64,000 nt of DNA from Marispirochaeta sp. (GTDB taxonomy: Bacteria > Spirochaetota > Spirochaetia > JC444 > Marispirochaetaceae), in the NCBI GenBank assembly GCA_963676835.2, contig CAXXFF010000002.1, positions 704,001-768,000 of the forward strand, read 5' to 3'. How positions within the stretch are numbered: position 1 is the first letter of the stretch; each line of letters begins with the position of its first letter. The translations under genes were made by a program, and so were the position numbers. Positions 26,957 through 36,603 of this stretch are shown here, piece after piece. The notes below the pieces were generated by a model that saw only the letters and a list, made by a program, of their open reading frames with translations, had not been told where the DNA came from and did no database searches.

Positions 26957-27847
26957 GTGCAGCAAATAGACCTTGAAAGCAGGGAATATCCCAGCCTGCT
27001 GAAAAAGATAAAAGACCCGCCGGCGGTTCTCTATTTTCGTGGAGAATGGAACCCTGGGCTTTTCCGGGAGACCCTGGCTGTGGTCGGCTCCAGGCGGATG
27101 ACCCGCTACGGCGAAACCATGGCGGAAAGTCTGGTTCGGGATATTGCGGGAGCAGGAATCACCATCGTTTCCGGTTTTATGTACGGCATAGATGCTGCAG
27201 CCCACGAAGCAGCAGTGAGTGTTCAGGGAAAGACTGTGGCGGTCATGCCCTGCGGCATTGAGCGGATTCACCCTGCCTATCAGGAAGAGCTCTACAACAG
27301 GATACTGTCATCCGGAGGATTGATTGTTTCCGAGTATCCCGGCGATACTCCCCCGGCTCTCTGGACCTATCCCCGGCGGAACAGAATTATTTCTGGCCTT
27401 TCTCCCCTGCTCCTGGTTATCGAAGCGGGGCTAAAAAGCGGAGCCCTCATAAGCGCACGATTTGCGGAAAAACAGGGCAGAAAAATCTATGCGGTACCGG
27501 GCCCCCTGACCAGTGCTGTTTCGCTGGGAACGGCATATCTTCTCAGCCGGGGAGCCTCTGTTGTTACCGGAAGCAAGGATCTTTTAAAGGAGTACAAACG
27601 GAGGAAATCCGGTTCTGCCGGCGGCAGGAAAAAAGCGAAAGTAGGCCTGAACAGCCTGCAGAAAGAGATAGTAAAGCAGTTGTCCCGGGAGCCCATGTCC
27701 GCCGATGAACTGACCCGGGCTTTGCAGAAATCCCCGCAGGTAATCGGCGCCGAGTTGACGGTGCTTGCAATAGAGCAGGTCCTTGCCCTGCAGGATGGAC
27801 GTTATGTTCTGACCGATCTTGCTGTCCCGGGAGGCAGTGTATGCTGA
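26957..27847 (+). CDS. dprA: DNA-processing protein DprA (Rossmann core + C-terminal winged helix, no N-terminal SAM domain)
   Basis: YPSLLKKIKDPPAVLYFRG, AVVGSR, IVSGFMYGIDAAAH, YPRRNRIISGLS and EAGLKSGALISA. Confidence 0.93.
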   Translation: MQQIDLESREYPSLLKKIKDPPAVLYFRGEWNPGLFRETLAVVGSRRMTRYGETMAESLVRDIAGAGITIVSGFMYGIDAAAHEAAVSVQGKTVAVMPCGIERIHPAYQEELYNRILSSGGLIVSEYPGDTPPALWTYPRRNRIISGLSPLLLVIEAGLKSGALISARFAEKQGRKIYAVPGPLTSAVSLGTAYLLSRGASVVTGSKDLLKEYKRRKSGSAGGRKKAKVGLNSLQKEIVKQLSREPMSADELTRALQKSPQVIGAELTVLAIEQVLALQDGRYVLTDLAVPGGSVC

Positions 27848-29370
27848 TTAAAGTGAGCTCAGTCTCCTTCTCGGGACTCAACACCATGAAGATTGACGTG
27901 GAGGTTAATATTGCCGAAAGGGGTCTTCCTTCTTTCGATCTGGTGGGGCTTCCCGATAAAGCTGTGGCCGAAAGCCGGGAGCGGGTACGGACGGCGCTGG
28001 TTAATTCGGGCTTTTCCTTTCCCATGCGGCGGATAACCGTCAACCTTGCCCCCGGGGATCTGCCCAAAAACGGCGCTTTTTATGATTTTCCCATAGCCCT
28101 GGGGATACTTTCGGAAACCATCGGTTTTGATATTCCCGAAGGGAGTCTCTTTTTCGGCGAGCTTTCTTTGGACGGCTCTCTACGGCATACCAGGGGGGCA
28201 CTTTTAGCAGCCCTTTTCGCCCGGGAATGCGGTCTTAAATCCCTCTTTGTTCCTGAAGAATCGGCCAATGAGGCCTCCATTGTTTCCGGAGTTGAGGTGT
28301 ATCCCGTAACAGACCTGAATCAGATCTGCGGGTTTTTCTGCGGAGAAGGTGCAATTGATGCTGCGGTTTATACTTCCCGGGGAACAGATGGGTCGGGACC
28401 GGCTGATTTTGACATGGCGGAGGTTATGGGGCAGGAGCAGGCCAAGCGGGCCCTGGAGATTGCCGCTGCCGGAGGCCATAATGTGCTAATGACAGGGTCG
28501 CCCGGTTCGGGAAAGACCATGCTCGCCCGGGCCCTGCCGGGAATTCTTCCCGAACTGAACGAGGAAGAATCCCTGGAGGTTACCAAAATCTACTCCAGCT
28601 CCGGACAGATTCCTCCCGGGGGCTCCCTTATTGTCAGCCGACCCTTCCGTTCACCTCACCATATTATTTCCCAGGCGGGTCTTGTGGGAGGCGGTTCCCG
28701 TCCCCAGCCGGGGGAGATAAGCCTTGCTCACCGGGGTATTCTCTTTCTGGATGAGTTCAACGAGTTTCCCCGTTCAACCATAGAAGCTCTAAGGCAGCCC
28801 ATGGAGGACGGCAAGCTGACCATTGCCCGCAGCCTGGAGCGCGTAACCTATCCCTCCCGTTTTATGCTGATAGCCGCTGCCAACCCCTGCCCCTGCGGCT
28901 ATCTTACCGACGATACCCGGGAGTGCGTCTGTTCACCAAGGGAAATACACCGCTACCGCAAGAAGCTCTCCGGGCCCATCCTGGACCGCATCGATCTGCA
29001 TGTGGAGGTGCCGGTGGTCAATATCAAAAAGCTTGCCGACGGCCTCGGTTCTTCGGTGCAGAAAGAACCGTCGGCAGAGATCCGGCGGCGGGTCTCCCGG
29101 GCCCGGGGAATCCAGCGGGAGCGCTACCGGAACGACCGTATTCACACCAATGCGGAGATGAAAAACCGGCAGATCCGGGAGTACGTACACCTGGCCAAAG
29201 CGCCTGAGGCAATGCTGATGGCGGCGGCGGAAAGCTTTCAGCTCTCCGCCCGGTCATACATGAAGATTATCAAACTCGCCCGTACCATTGCTGATCTGGC
29301 GGAAGAACCGGAAGTTCGGGAAAACCACATTGCCGAAGCCCTGCAGTACCGGCCGGGAAGTATTGAATGA
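27841..29370 (+). CDS. comM: YifB/ComM Mg-chelatase-like AAA+ helicase
   Basis: VGLPDKAVAESRERVR, ITVNLAP, GSPGSGKT, RPFRSPHH, PGEISLAHRGILFLDE and NPCPCG. Confidence 0.93.
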   Translation: MLIKVSSVSFSGLNTMKIDVEVNIAERGLPSFDLVGLPDKAVAESRERVRTALVNSGFSFPMRRITVNLAPGDLPKNGAFYDFPIALGILSETIGFDIPEGSLFFGELSLDGSLRHTRGALLAALFARECGLKSLFVPEESANEASIVSGVEVYPVTDLNQICGFFCGEGAIDAAVYTSRGTDGSGPADFDMAEVMGQEQAKRALEIAAAGGHNVLMTGSPGSGKTMLARALPGILPELNEEESLEVTKIYSSSGQIPPGGSLIVSRPFRSPHHIISQAGLVGGGSRPQPGEISLAHRGILFLDEFNEFPRSTIEALRQPMEDGKLTIARSLERVTYPSRFMLIAAANPCPCGYLTDDTRECVCSPREIHRYRKKLSGPILDRIDLHVEVPVVNIKKLADGLGSSVQKEPSAEIRRRVSRARGIQRERYRNDRIHTNAEMKNRQIREYVHLAKAPEAMLMAAAESFQLSARSYMKIIKLARTIADLAEEPEVRENHIAEALQYRPGSIE

Positions 29371-29768
29371 AGCAGACCATCCAGGATGAAGATAACCGAG
29401 AAGGTTATTGCGGCAGGGAAAAAATCGAGCTGGGTATCCGGGGAGAAACCCTGGCGGCGGAATACCTTCAGGAATTGGGGTATGAAATCCTTAAACGGAA
29501 TGAGCGGGTGGGACATTCGGATATTGATATTCTCGCGATGGACGGAGAAACCCTGGTATTTGTCGAGGTAAGAACGAAAACCGGCGGAGACCGGGGTATG
29601 CCGGAGGAGACCTTAACGGGGAAAAAGCTTTTCCAGATGCGGAAAACCGCGGAACGGTATCTGGCCTTCGGAAAACACGAAGGCCCGGCTCGGCTTGATG
29701 CGGTGTGTATTATTCTCGGAAGTGACGGCCGGACCAGCCATTTTAAGCATTACAGAGGTGTGGGCTGA
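29367..29768 (+). CDS. yraN: YraN family (UPF0102) endonuclease
   Basis: LGIRGETLAAEYL, GYEILKRN, DIDILAMDGETLVFVEVRTK and RLDAV. Confidence 0.9.
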   Translation: MKQTIQDEDNREGYCGREKIELGIRGETLAAEYLQELGYEILKRNERVGHSDIDILAMDGETLVFVEVRTKTGGDRGMPEETLTGKKLFQMRKTAERYLAFGKHEGPARLDAVCIILGSDGRTSHFKHYRGVG

Positions 29769-29972
29769 GAGTGCTGGAAATATTCTTTCCCACGGGAAAT
29801 ATTTGATACATCAGAATAATCCGACCAATATTAAGCGGTACTTTAAATTAGTCGAACTTTTCACCGCAATTGGGAAAGCTCCTCCTATATTTTATTAAAA
29901 ACAGAACTTTTCCTGACGCAAATCTGTTTTTACGCTATGTTTATGCAGATATCGTAGAACAGGGAAAATTAC

Positions 29973-30347
29973 ATGAAAAAATCATTCTTCTTGCTTGTTT
30001 TGTTTACAGCTTTGGGTGTGGGTGTTTTTGCTGACACTTTCTATTATGTCTATGCGGATGACTGGGATAGTAAAAAAGTCGTTATTTCAGAGGTCTATGA
30101 GCCATCCACAGGGATTAATAATCTGGCCAGCCAGTTTCATGACTGGTGTGAAGCAAATATTGAAGATCTTACCCATGTTGCATACTTCAATTTCAAGCAC
30201 AGTTATATTTCGGATGCCACATCCCGGTCTGATCTGGAAAGATATAAACAATCACAGATTGCCAAATATAAAAATAACGGATTTACCGTTTACGACCTGG
30301 AACGCAGGCAGAGTGTTCCTCCGTTTAGATTTTCTGATGAGTATTAA
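29973..30347 (+). CDS. Small exported hypothetical protein
   Basis: Signal peptide MKKSFFLLVLFTALGVGVFA; AT-rich. Confidence 0.7.
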   Translation: MKKSFFLLVLFTALGVGVFADTFYYVYADDWDSKKVVISEVYEPSTGINNLASQFHDWCEANIEDLTHVAYFNFKHSYISDATSRSDLERYKQSQIAKYKNNGFTVYDLERRQSVPPFRFSDEY

Positions 30348-30359
30348 TTGGAGCGAAAG

Positions 30360-30809
30360 ATGAAAAAGGTAGTATTGGGGCTTTTTATATTGCTAGTAAG
30401 CTTTTCTGTTTATGGGCAGAGTCTGGATGAGACAAAAGATTGGATGGTTAGAAAAATTGCTGAATTTTCAAAGGATAGAGGTGATGATCGTTTATCATTT
30501 GATGGTACTATCCTTATATATCGTGATGGATCTGGCTCCCACAATGTGACTAGCTCAGTTTCTTTGTTAGAATTAGATGAAAATAGTGTAGAAGTACGCG
30601 CAACTAAATACTACTTTAGAGTTACGGTAGATTCAACTGATTCACGTGCTGTGAGTTGGACGGAATACATTTCTTCTGAAAATTACCATGATAGCGGAAA
30701 TACAAGCTTTATCAGTTTTTATTTTAGAAACCAGGAAATTGCAGAAAAGTTTAAACGTGCCTTGGTTCATGCAATAACGATAGCAAAAGAAGAGGATGAT
30801 CTATTTTGA
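30360..30809 (+). CDS. Small exported hypothetical protein
   Basis: GGAG RBS; signal peptide MKKVVLGLFILLVSFSVYG followed by QSLDETKDWM. Confidence 0.7.
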   Translation: MKKVVLGLFILLVSFSVYGQSLDETKDWMVRKIAEFSKDRGDDRLSFDGTILIYRDGSGSHNVTSSVSLLELDENSVEVRATKYYFRVTVDSTDSRAVSWTEYISSENYHDSGNTSFISFYFRNQEIAEKFKRALVHAITIAKEEDDLF

Positions 30810-31069
30810 CCTTTATCATCCCAGCAATATTAACCTATTTCTACAGTCAGGTATTTTATTGGAGTTACAAAAATAGAATAGAACATCCTGTACCGTTTTA
30901 TATTATGTTTTCTATGACCATTCTCATATTGCTAGCTCTTTTTGTATTTATAGCATTTAATCAAACCGTTTTGTTTCTGATTTTTATAGGCGGTGTTGTT
31001 TTATTTACTGCTGCAGTCTCAATCATTGGAAATATAGTTCAAAAAAATAGCAATAAAGCAGAGCAATAA
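30806..31069 (+). CDS. Small membrane protein (about 3 TM)
   Basis: Start overlaps the previous stop (TTGA); highly hydrophobic. Confidence 0.5.
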   Translation: MTFIIPAILTYFYSQVFYWSYKNRIEHPVPFYIMFSMTILILLALFVFIAFNQTVLFLIFIGGVVLFTAAVSIIGNIVQKNSNKAEQ

Positions 31070-31095
31070 TTATACGCTTGATTGAACATTTTACC

Positions 31096-32673
31096 TCAAT
31101 TGACTCTGACAGCACTCCCGTAAGGCCCCAGCATTCCCAGGGGTGAGTTACTCTCCGTTCCCGCTAAATTTGCACAGATCAGCAGCTCCTTACCCCCAAC
31201 ACTGCGCCGCGATATAAGCAGACTTCCCCGGACTGACAGTTCCGGATTTGCGGTAAACAGCTCTTCCTCCTCATTACGCAGCCGGAACAGGCCTCTCACT
31301 CCCCGGTAAACCTTTCCCTCCGGGGTAGTCTCATCCTGCCGGGCCCTCAAGGCCCGGGCATTGTCAAAGGGCCCCCGGTGCAGAAAACGGGCGTCGGGAT
31401 ATCCCGTCTCTTCCGAGGTTCGGTGGAAGTATTCCTCATTGTCGTGCATGGCTATCTCATCGCCGTAATAGAGTACTGGTGTGCCTTTTAAGGCAAACAG
31501 CAGATGATAGGCAAGAATTACCCGTTCGGGATTTTGCTGCAGAAGATCGAAGAGCCTGCCCGAGAAGGCTTCTCCCTCCTTGAAGAGCCTGACCGGTTTG
31601 TCCGCCCAATAGGCTACCAGTTCTTTACGCTCATTGGGGGAAACCACATCCAGGGTGACTTCATCGTGCAGCCGGATATAGGTGAACCAGGCACAGCTTT
31701 CGGGAAGGTCGGGAATTTCAGCAGTCAGGAGCTGTCTGGGGGACTCCTCTGCCATGGCCTGCCAGAACTTCGGCATCAGCACAAAATGAAAGGCTCCCCG
31801 GCACTCATCTCCGGAGCCGAAGTAGTCCATCATTCCCGCCACCGGCTGATTTGCTTCGGCTAAGAGCATTGAGCCTTCACCAAGCAGGTCCAGAAAGGCT
31901 CTGAAAATCTTAAGGATTATATGCACCTGGGGAAGATTTTCGCTGTCAGTCCCCTCTTTCTTCCAGAGCATATGGGCCGCATCCATACGGAACCCGTCCA
32001 CGCCGGCGATTTTCCAGTTTTTAAGGGTACGTATCATTTCCGCCGTTACTGCGGGGTTTGCGTAATTCAGGTCGGGCTGAAAGGGGTAGAAGCGGTGAAA
32101 GTAGTAAGCCCCTGCCTGCTCGTTCCATTCCCAGTTGGAATCCACCATGCCTGAGAAGACAATGGGTGCGTCGGCATATTCCGTGCCGGTGCTGCTCCAG
32201 ATAAAGTAATCCCGGTAGGGGGATTCCGGGTCTGCAATGGCCTGCTGAAACCAGCTGTGCTTATCGGAGCAGTGGTTTATAGCCACATCGAAAACGGTCT
32301 GCAGATTGAGGCTGTGGGCTTTTTTCAAGAATCCCGCAAAGACCTCATTGCCGCCGAAGCGGGAATCGATTTCTGTATAGTCGGAGATATCAAAGCCCTG
32401 ATCCCGTCCGGGAGACTCAAGGGCGGGCAGTATCCAGAGGGTGCGGATTCCCAGGTCTGCGATATAGTCCAGTCTGGCTTCCGCGCCGGTAAACCCGCCG
32501 TCAAAACAGTCGGGGTAGAGACAGTAGACCGAGCCCTTCTCATCAAAAGGAGGACGTTTCGGCCCTGTCATAGCGGCGAGGCTGATTTCAAATTCACTGA
32601 GCAGGGTGTTGAAGATTTCTGTTTCGCCGGGATAGAGGGAGTTCCATAGATTGCGGATATATGCTGTGTTCAC
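31096..32673 (-). CDS. GH13 trehalose synthase/amylosucrase-like glycosidase
   Basis: DQGFDISDY, DVAINHCSDKHSWF, YYFHRFYPFQPDLNY, GFRMDA, LLAEANQ and RLHDE; GGAGG RBS. Confidence 0.85.
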   Translation of the reverse strand: MNTAYIRNLWNSLYPGETEIFNTLLSEFEISLAAMTGPKRPPFDEKGSVYCLYPDCFDGGFTGAEARLDYIADLGIRTLWILPALESPGRDQGFDISDYTEIDSRFGGNEVFAGFLKKAHSLNLQTVFDVAINHCSDKHSWFQQAIADPESPYRDYFIWSSTGTEYADAPIVFSGMVDSNWEWNEQAGAYYFHRFYPFQPDLNYANPAVTAEMIRTLKNWKIAGVDGFRMDAAHMLWKKEGTDSENLPQVHIILKIFRAFLDLLGEGSMLLAEANQPVAGMMDYFGSGDECRGAFHFVLMPKFWQAMAEESPRQLLTAEIPDLPESCAWFTYIRLHDEVTLDVVSPNERKELVAYWADKPVRLFKEGEAFSGRLFDLLQQNPERVILAYHLLFALKGTPVLYYGDEIAMHDNEEYFHRTSEETGYPDARFLHRGPFDNARALRARQDETTPEGKVYRGVRGLFRLRNEEEELFTANPELSVRGSLLISRRSVGGKELLICANLAGTESNSPLGMLGPYGSAVRVN

Positions 32674-32712
32674 CGTTTTTTACCTCCTGTTTGTTAAAGG
32701 ACCGGAAAAAAC

Positions 32713-32741
32713 TTGACAGCTGCTGTTTGGCACGTTAAGCT
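32713..32741 (+). promoter_or_regulatory. Sigma70-type promoter for the LacI gene
   Basis: TTGACA (32713-32718), 17-bp spacer, TAAGCT (32736-32741). Confidence 0.6.
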
Positions 32742-32768
32742 GAAAGAGCTTTCATGAAAGTACTTTCA
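32741..32768. promoter_or_regulatory. Two abutting LacI-type palindromic operators
   Basis: TGAAAGAGCTTTCA (32741-32754) and TGAAAGTACTTTCA (32755-32768). Confidence 0.7.
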
Positions 32769-32790
32769 TGCTTTCATTAGTGAGGATACC

Positions 32791-33798
32791 ATGACTAACC
32801 GGCAGGGGTCAACAATTTATGATGTCGCGAAAACAGCTGAGGTAAGCATCAGCACCGTATCTCGCTGTCTGAATTCTCCTTCCAAGGTTAACCCCGAAAC
32901 CCTTGAGCGGGTCCAGGCGGTTATCCATCAGTTGGGCTATATCCCCCATGGCAACACCGGGCCCAAGCGGCACCGTCATGTAGGCCGCATCGGGGTCTTC
33001 TCCTCCTATTTTATTCCCGCGCCCTCCATGACCCAGCGTCTCCAGGGAGCGGCCCAGGTTCTCCATTCGAGCCATACGGAAATGATTGTCTATACCGTTG
33101 ATTCTCCGGATCAGCTTGAGGAGTACCTCAATTCAGTTCCGTTTACCAAACGGGTGGACGGGTTGATTCTGATTTCTTTGAGGATTACAGAACCTACCGC
33201 AAAGAGGCTTGCGGAGAGCGGGCTTCCGGTTGTTACGGTAGAGTATGATACCCCCTTTTTTCCCAGTATAACCGCGGACAATTTCAGAGGGGGAGAACTG
33301 GCGGGCAGCCATTTTGTCAGCCGGGGTTACGCTCCCTGCGCCTATCTTGGCCAGTCCGAGGTGCCCCTCTATTCACTTCATCCCAATGATGAACGTCAGC
33401 GGGGTTACGAGTCTGCCCTTGCTTCAGGCGGAACCGGACTTGATCCGGGCTATATTCGTCTGGGAGAGTTTGACTACCAGCGCAGCCGGGAACTTGCGGG
33501 GGAGCTTTTTGATCTGCCCGTACCTCCCAGGGCGCTCTTTGCCATGTCTGATCTCCAGGCTTATGGTGCAATAAAAGCCGCCCGCGAACGGGGTATGCGG
33601 ATTCCTGAAGATGTAGCCATCATCGGTTTTGATGATCTTGAATCTGCTGAATACATGGAGCTCTCCACTGTCAGCCAGGGGCTTAGCGAATCGGGCCGGC
33701 TGGCGGCGGAATCCCTGAATGCCCGTATTGCCGACCCCCACAGGGCGGTGGGTAATATTAGTCTCGATGTTTCTCTGGTGCACCGGGGTACTACTTAA
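32791..33798 (+). CDS. LacI-family transcriptional regulator
   Basis: TIYDVAKTAEVSISTVSRCLN HTH; RIPEDVAIIGFDD. Confidence 0.95.
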   Translation: MTNRQGSTIYDVAKTAEVSISTVSRCLNSPSKVNPETLERVQAVIHQLGYIPHGNTGPKRHRHVGRIGVFSSYFIPAPSMTQRLQGAAQVLHSSHTEMIVYTVDSPDQLEEYLNSVPFTKRVDGLILISLRITEPTAKRLAESGLPVVTVEYDTPFFPSITADNFRGGELAGSHFVSRGYAPCAYLGQSEVPLYSLHPNDERQRGYESALASGGTGLDPGYIRLGEFDYQRSRELAGELFDLPVPPRALFAMSDLQAYGAIKAARERGMRIPEDVAIIGFDDLESAEYMELSTVSQGLSESGRLAAESLNARIADPHRAVGNISLDVSLVHRGTT

Positions 33799-34006
33799 CC
33801 GGATGCAAGCCGTGTTCCTTGACTTCAGGCTCTGAGGGCCTGACACTTAATATAGAGGCGGTTATCGAAATCGCCGGTAAATCATGCTTTTCCAGCTTTG
33901 TCACTACTCCTGTTTATCGGTTGTATGTTTCCGCCTTTGCCGATGGTCTTTACCGTCCTTCGGGGCGGATAAATATCTTTGTAATTTTTTTTAAGGAGAA
34001 GTGACA

Positions 34007-35359
34007 ATGAAGAAGATTTTTTTTCTACTGCTGATGGTTCTTCTTGTACTGGGCGGGTGCCAGAAAAAGGCCGAAGAGGCCGCTCCTGCTCCGGAGAAGG
34101 AGGCTTCCGCCGCTGAGTTGAGCGGTGACTACCTGGCCGATGCGTTTGCCGGTAAGTTTAAAGGTACAACCGTCCGCATGGCCGGACCCTTTACCGATAA
34201 CGACGCGGTAAAATTCAACGAATCAATGAAATCCTTCATCGAGAAAACCGGGATCAAGGTTGAGTATGAAGGTTCAAAAGAGTTTGAGGCTTCCATTGCT
34301 ATCCGCATTAACGGCGGAAATCCCCCGGACATCGTGGATTTTCCCCAGCCGGGTCTGCTGGAAACCTTTGTTAAAGGCGGTAAGGTTATCGATCTTAACA
34401 CCGTTCTCGATATGGGTCAGGTAAAATCAAACTACATACAGAGCTGGCTCGACATGGCCACCATGAAAGGTCCATCCGGATCGATCATGGCCGGAGTCTG
34501 GGGCCGGGTTAACGGCAAATCCCTGGTATGGTATCCGAAAAAAGCCTTCGATGAAGCGGGCTACTCGGTTCCCGAAACCTGGGATGATCTGATCGCTTTA
34601 ATGAATACAATCAAGAGTGACGGCGATACTCCCTGGGCGGTAGGGATTGAGTCAGGCGCTGCAACCGGATGGGCCGCCACCGATTGGATTGAAGAGATGA
34701 TGCTCCGCACTACCTCCCTGGATAATTATGATAAATGGGTAAAGGGTGAGCTGAAGTTTGATTCTCCCGAGGTACGTAAAGCCATTCAGACCATGGCGGA
34801 TATCTGGTTCCCCGACGGCAATGTTTACGGCGGACGCAAGGCAATTGCAACAACCTCCTTCGGCGATGCTCCCAAGGTAATGTTCGAAGCCCCTCCCAAG
34901 GCATGGCTTCACAAGCAGGGTAACTTTATTACCTCCTTCTTCCCGGAAAACCTGGAAGCCGGGGTTGATTATGATTTCTTCTATCTTCCCAGTGTCGATT
35001 CCCAGTACGGACGGCCGGTGCTTGTCGCCGGAGATATCTATGCCATGTTCAACGACCGGCCGGAAGTCCGGGCACTGATGCAGTATTTTGCCACCGGTGC
35101 TTCTGTAGAGGGCTGGGTGCGCATGGGCGGAGCAATATCTCCCCACAAGGACTCACAGCTCAGCTGGTATGCCAATCCTGTTGAACGCAAGGTTGCAGAG
35201 GTTATTCAGAATGCCACCTCCGTGCGGTTTGACGGCTCCGACCTTATGCCCGGTGCTGTAGGTGCAGGATCTTTCTGGAAAGAGATGACCGCCTATGTTT
35301 CCGGTGCCAAGAGTCTGGATGAGGCTGTGAAGGCTATAGACGCCTCCTGGCCCAAATAA
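34007..35359 (+). CDS. Sugar ABC transporter substrate-binding lipoprotein (AglE/alpha-glucoside type)
   Basis: Lipobox VLGGC; PPDIVDFPQPGLL, GIESGAATGWAATDWIE and RFDGSDLMPGAVGAGSFW. Confidence 0.9.
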   Translation: MKKIFFLLLMVLLVLGGCQKKAEEAAPAPEKEASAAELSGDYLADAFAGKFKGTTVRMAGPFTDNDAVKFNESMKSFIEKTGIKVEYEGSKEFEASIAIRINGGNPPDIVDFPQPGLLETFVKGGKVIDLNTVLDMGQVKSNYIQSWLDMATMKGPSGSIMAGVWGRVNGKSLVWYPKKAFDEAGYSVPETWDDLIALMNTIKSDGDTPWAVGIESGAATGWAATDWIEEMMLRTTSLDNYDKWVKGELKFDSPEVRKAIQTMADIWFPDGNVYGGRKAIATTSFGDAPKVMFEAPPKAWLHKQGNFITSFFPENLEAGVDYDFFYLPSVDSQYGRPVLVAGDIYAMFNDRPEVRALMQYFATGASVEGWVRMGGAISPHKDSQLSWYANPVERKVAEVIQNATSVRFDGSDLMPGAVGAGSFWKEMTAYVSGAKSLDEAVKAIDASWPK

Positions 35360-35386
35360 GCCGGCTCTGAAAAAGAGTTAATTAAA

Positions 35387-35422
35387 CGGGGTCGGCGGGA
35401 AAGTCCGCCGGCTCCGCTTTTT
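35387..35422 (+). terminator. Intercistronic hairpin/terminator after the binding-protein gene
   Basis: CGGGGTCGGCGG...CCGCCGGCTCCG stem followed by CTTTTT. Confidence 0.6.
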
Positions 35423-35505
35423 GCTGCAACAGATATCTGTTCTATTAATTTTATTTTCAGAGATCGTTAGACATTGTTTGAGATTATTCGAAAAAGGAGA
35501 AGTTT

Positions 35506-36603
35506 ATGCCGAAAGGAACAGCCGCTCTTACCCGGGAAGATGCCTATGCTCCGCTGAAGCTCCTTCTGCTGTTTATTATTACCGTTCTGGTTCTCTGGGG
35601 CGGCTTTCAGTTTCTCCGCAGCTTCCGTTCTTCAAAGCTGCTGATAACTATTGTTGCCATATTCTGGGGAGTGGGGTCGGTGGCACTGCTCTATACCGTA
35701 TTGAATGCTGCTGCCCAGCTGCTGCCCCCCCGGGCCCGTTCCGTGGTTCTCCCCCTGGTGTTTGCCGGGCCGGCTCTGCTGCTTCTGGCCTGGTTTCTTA
35801 TAACCCCCACCATCCGCAGCCTTGTTTTGAGTTTTTATGATGAAACAAGTACGAGTTTTGTGTTTCTTGATAACTATATATTTGCTTTTACCGATCCCAT
35901 CATGCTTGAGGCATTTACCAACAATCTCCTGTGGCTGGTATTCGGTACCGGTGGCACCGTTGCCCTGGGGCTTATTATCGCGGTGCTTGCAGACCGAAGC
36001 CCCTATGAGAATCTTTTCAAGGCACTGATCTTCATGCCCATGGCAATTTCTTTTGTCGGCGCCGGTGTTATCTGGAAGTTTATGTATGCCTACAAAGGAG
36101 AAGGAACCAATGTCGCGGAAATAGGCCTGTTAAATGCTGTGGTAACCGCCTTCGGCGGTAAGCCCCAGGCATGGCTGCTTATTCCCGGATGGAATAACTT
36201 TTTCCTGATTGTCATTATGGTCTGGCTGCAGACCGGGTATGCCATGGTTATTCTCTCCGCCGCCATAAAGGGTATTCCCTCTTCCCTTATCGAGGCTTCC
36301 CGTATTGACGGAGCCAATGAGATTCAGATATTCTTCAGGATTATTATTCCCTCAATCGCCGGATCAATTCTCACGGTGACTACAACCATAATCATATTTT
36401 CCCTGAAGCTCTTCGATATTGTGCGGGTTATGACCGGAGGTAATTACGGTACCAATGTAATTGCCAATGAGTTTTACCTGGAACAGTTTACCTACGGCAG
36501 CACCGGCCGGGCGTCCGCCATTGCCATTGTACTCCTGGTGGCGGTGGTTCCGGTGCTGATCTACAACCTCAGGCAGTTTAAACAGCGGAGGGCTTTCCGA
36601 TGA
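35506..36603 (+). CDS. Sugar ABC transporter permease (AglF-like)
   Basis: FMPMAISFVGAGVIWKFMY; EAA loop IEASRIDGA. Confidence 0.92.
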   Translation: MPKGTAALTREDAYAPLKLLLLFIITVLVLWGGFQFLRSFRSSKLLITIVAIFWGVGSVALLYTVLNAAAQLLPPRARSVVLPLVFAGPALLLLAWFLITPTIRSLVLSFYDETSTSFVFLDNYIFAFTDPIMLEAFTNNLLWLVFGTGGTVALGLIIAVLADRSPYENLFKALIFMPMAISFVGAGVIWKFMYAYKGEGTNVAEIGLLNAVVTAFGGKPQAWLLIPGWNNFFLIVIMVWLQTGYAMVILSAAIKGIPSSLIEASRIDGANEIQIFFRIIIPSIAGSILTVTTTIIIFSLKLFDIVRVMTGGNYGTNVIANEFYLEQFTYGSTGRASAIAIVLLVAVVPVLIYNLRQFKQRRAFR

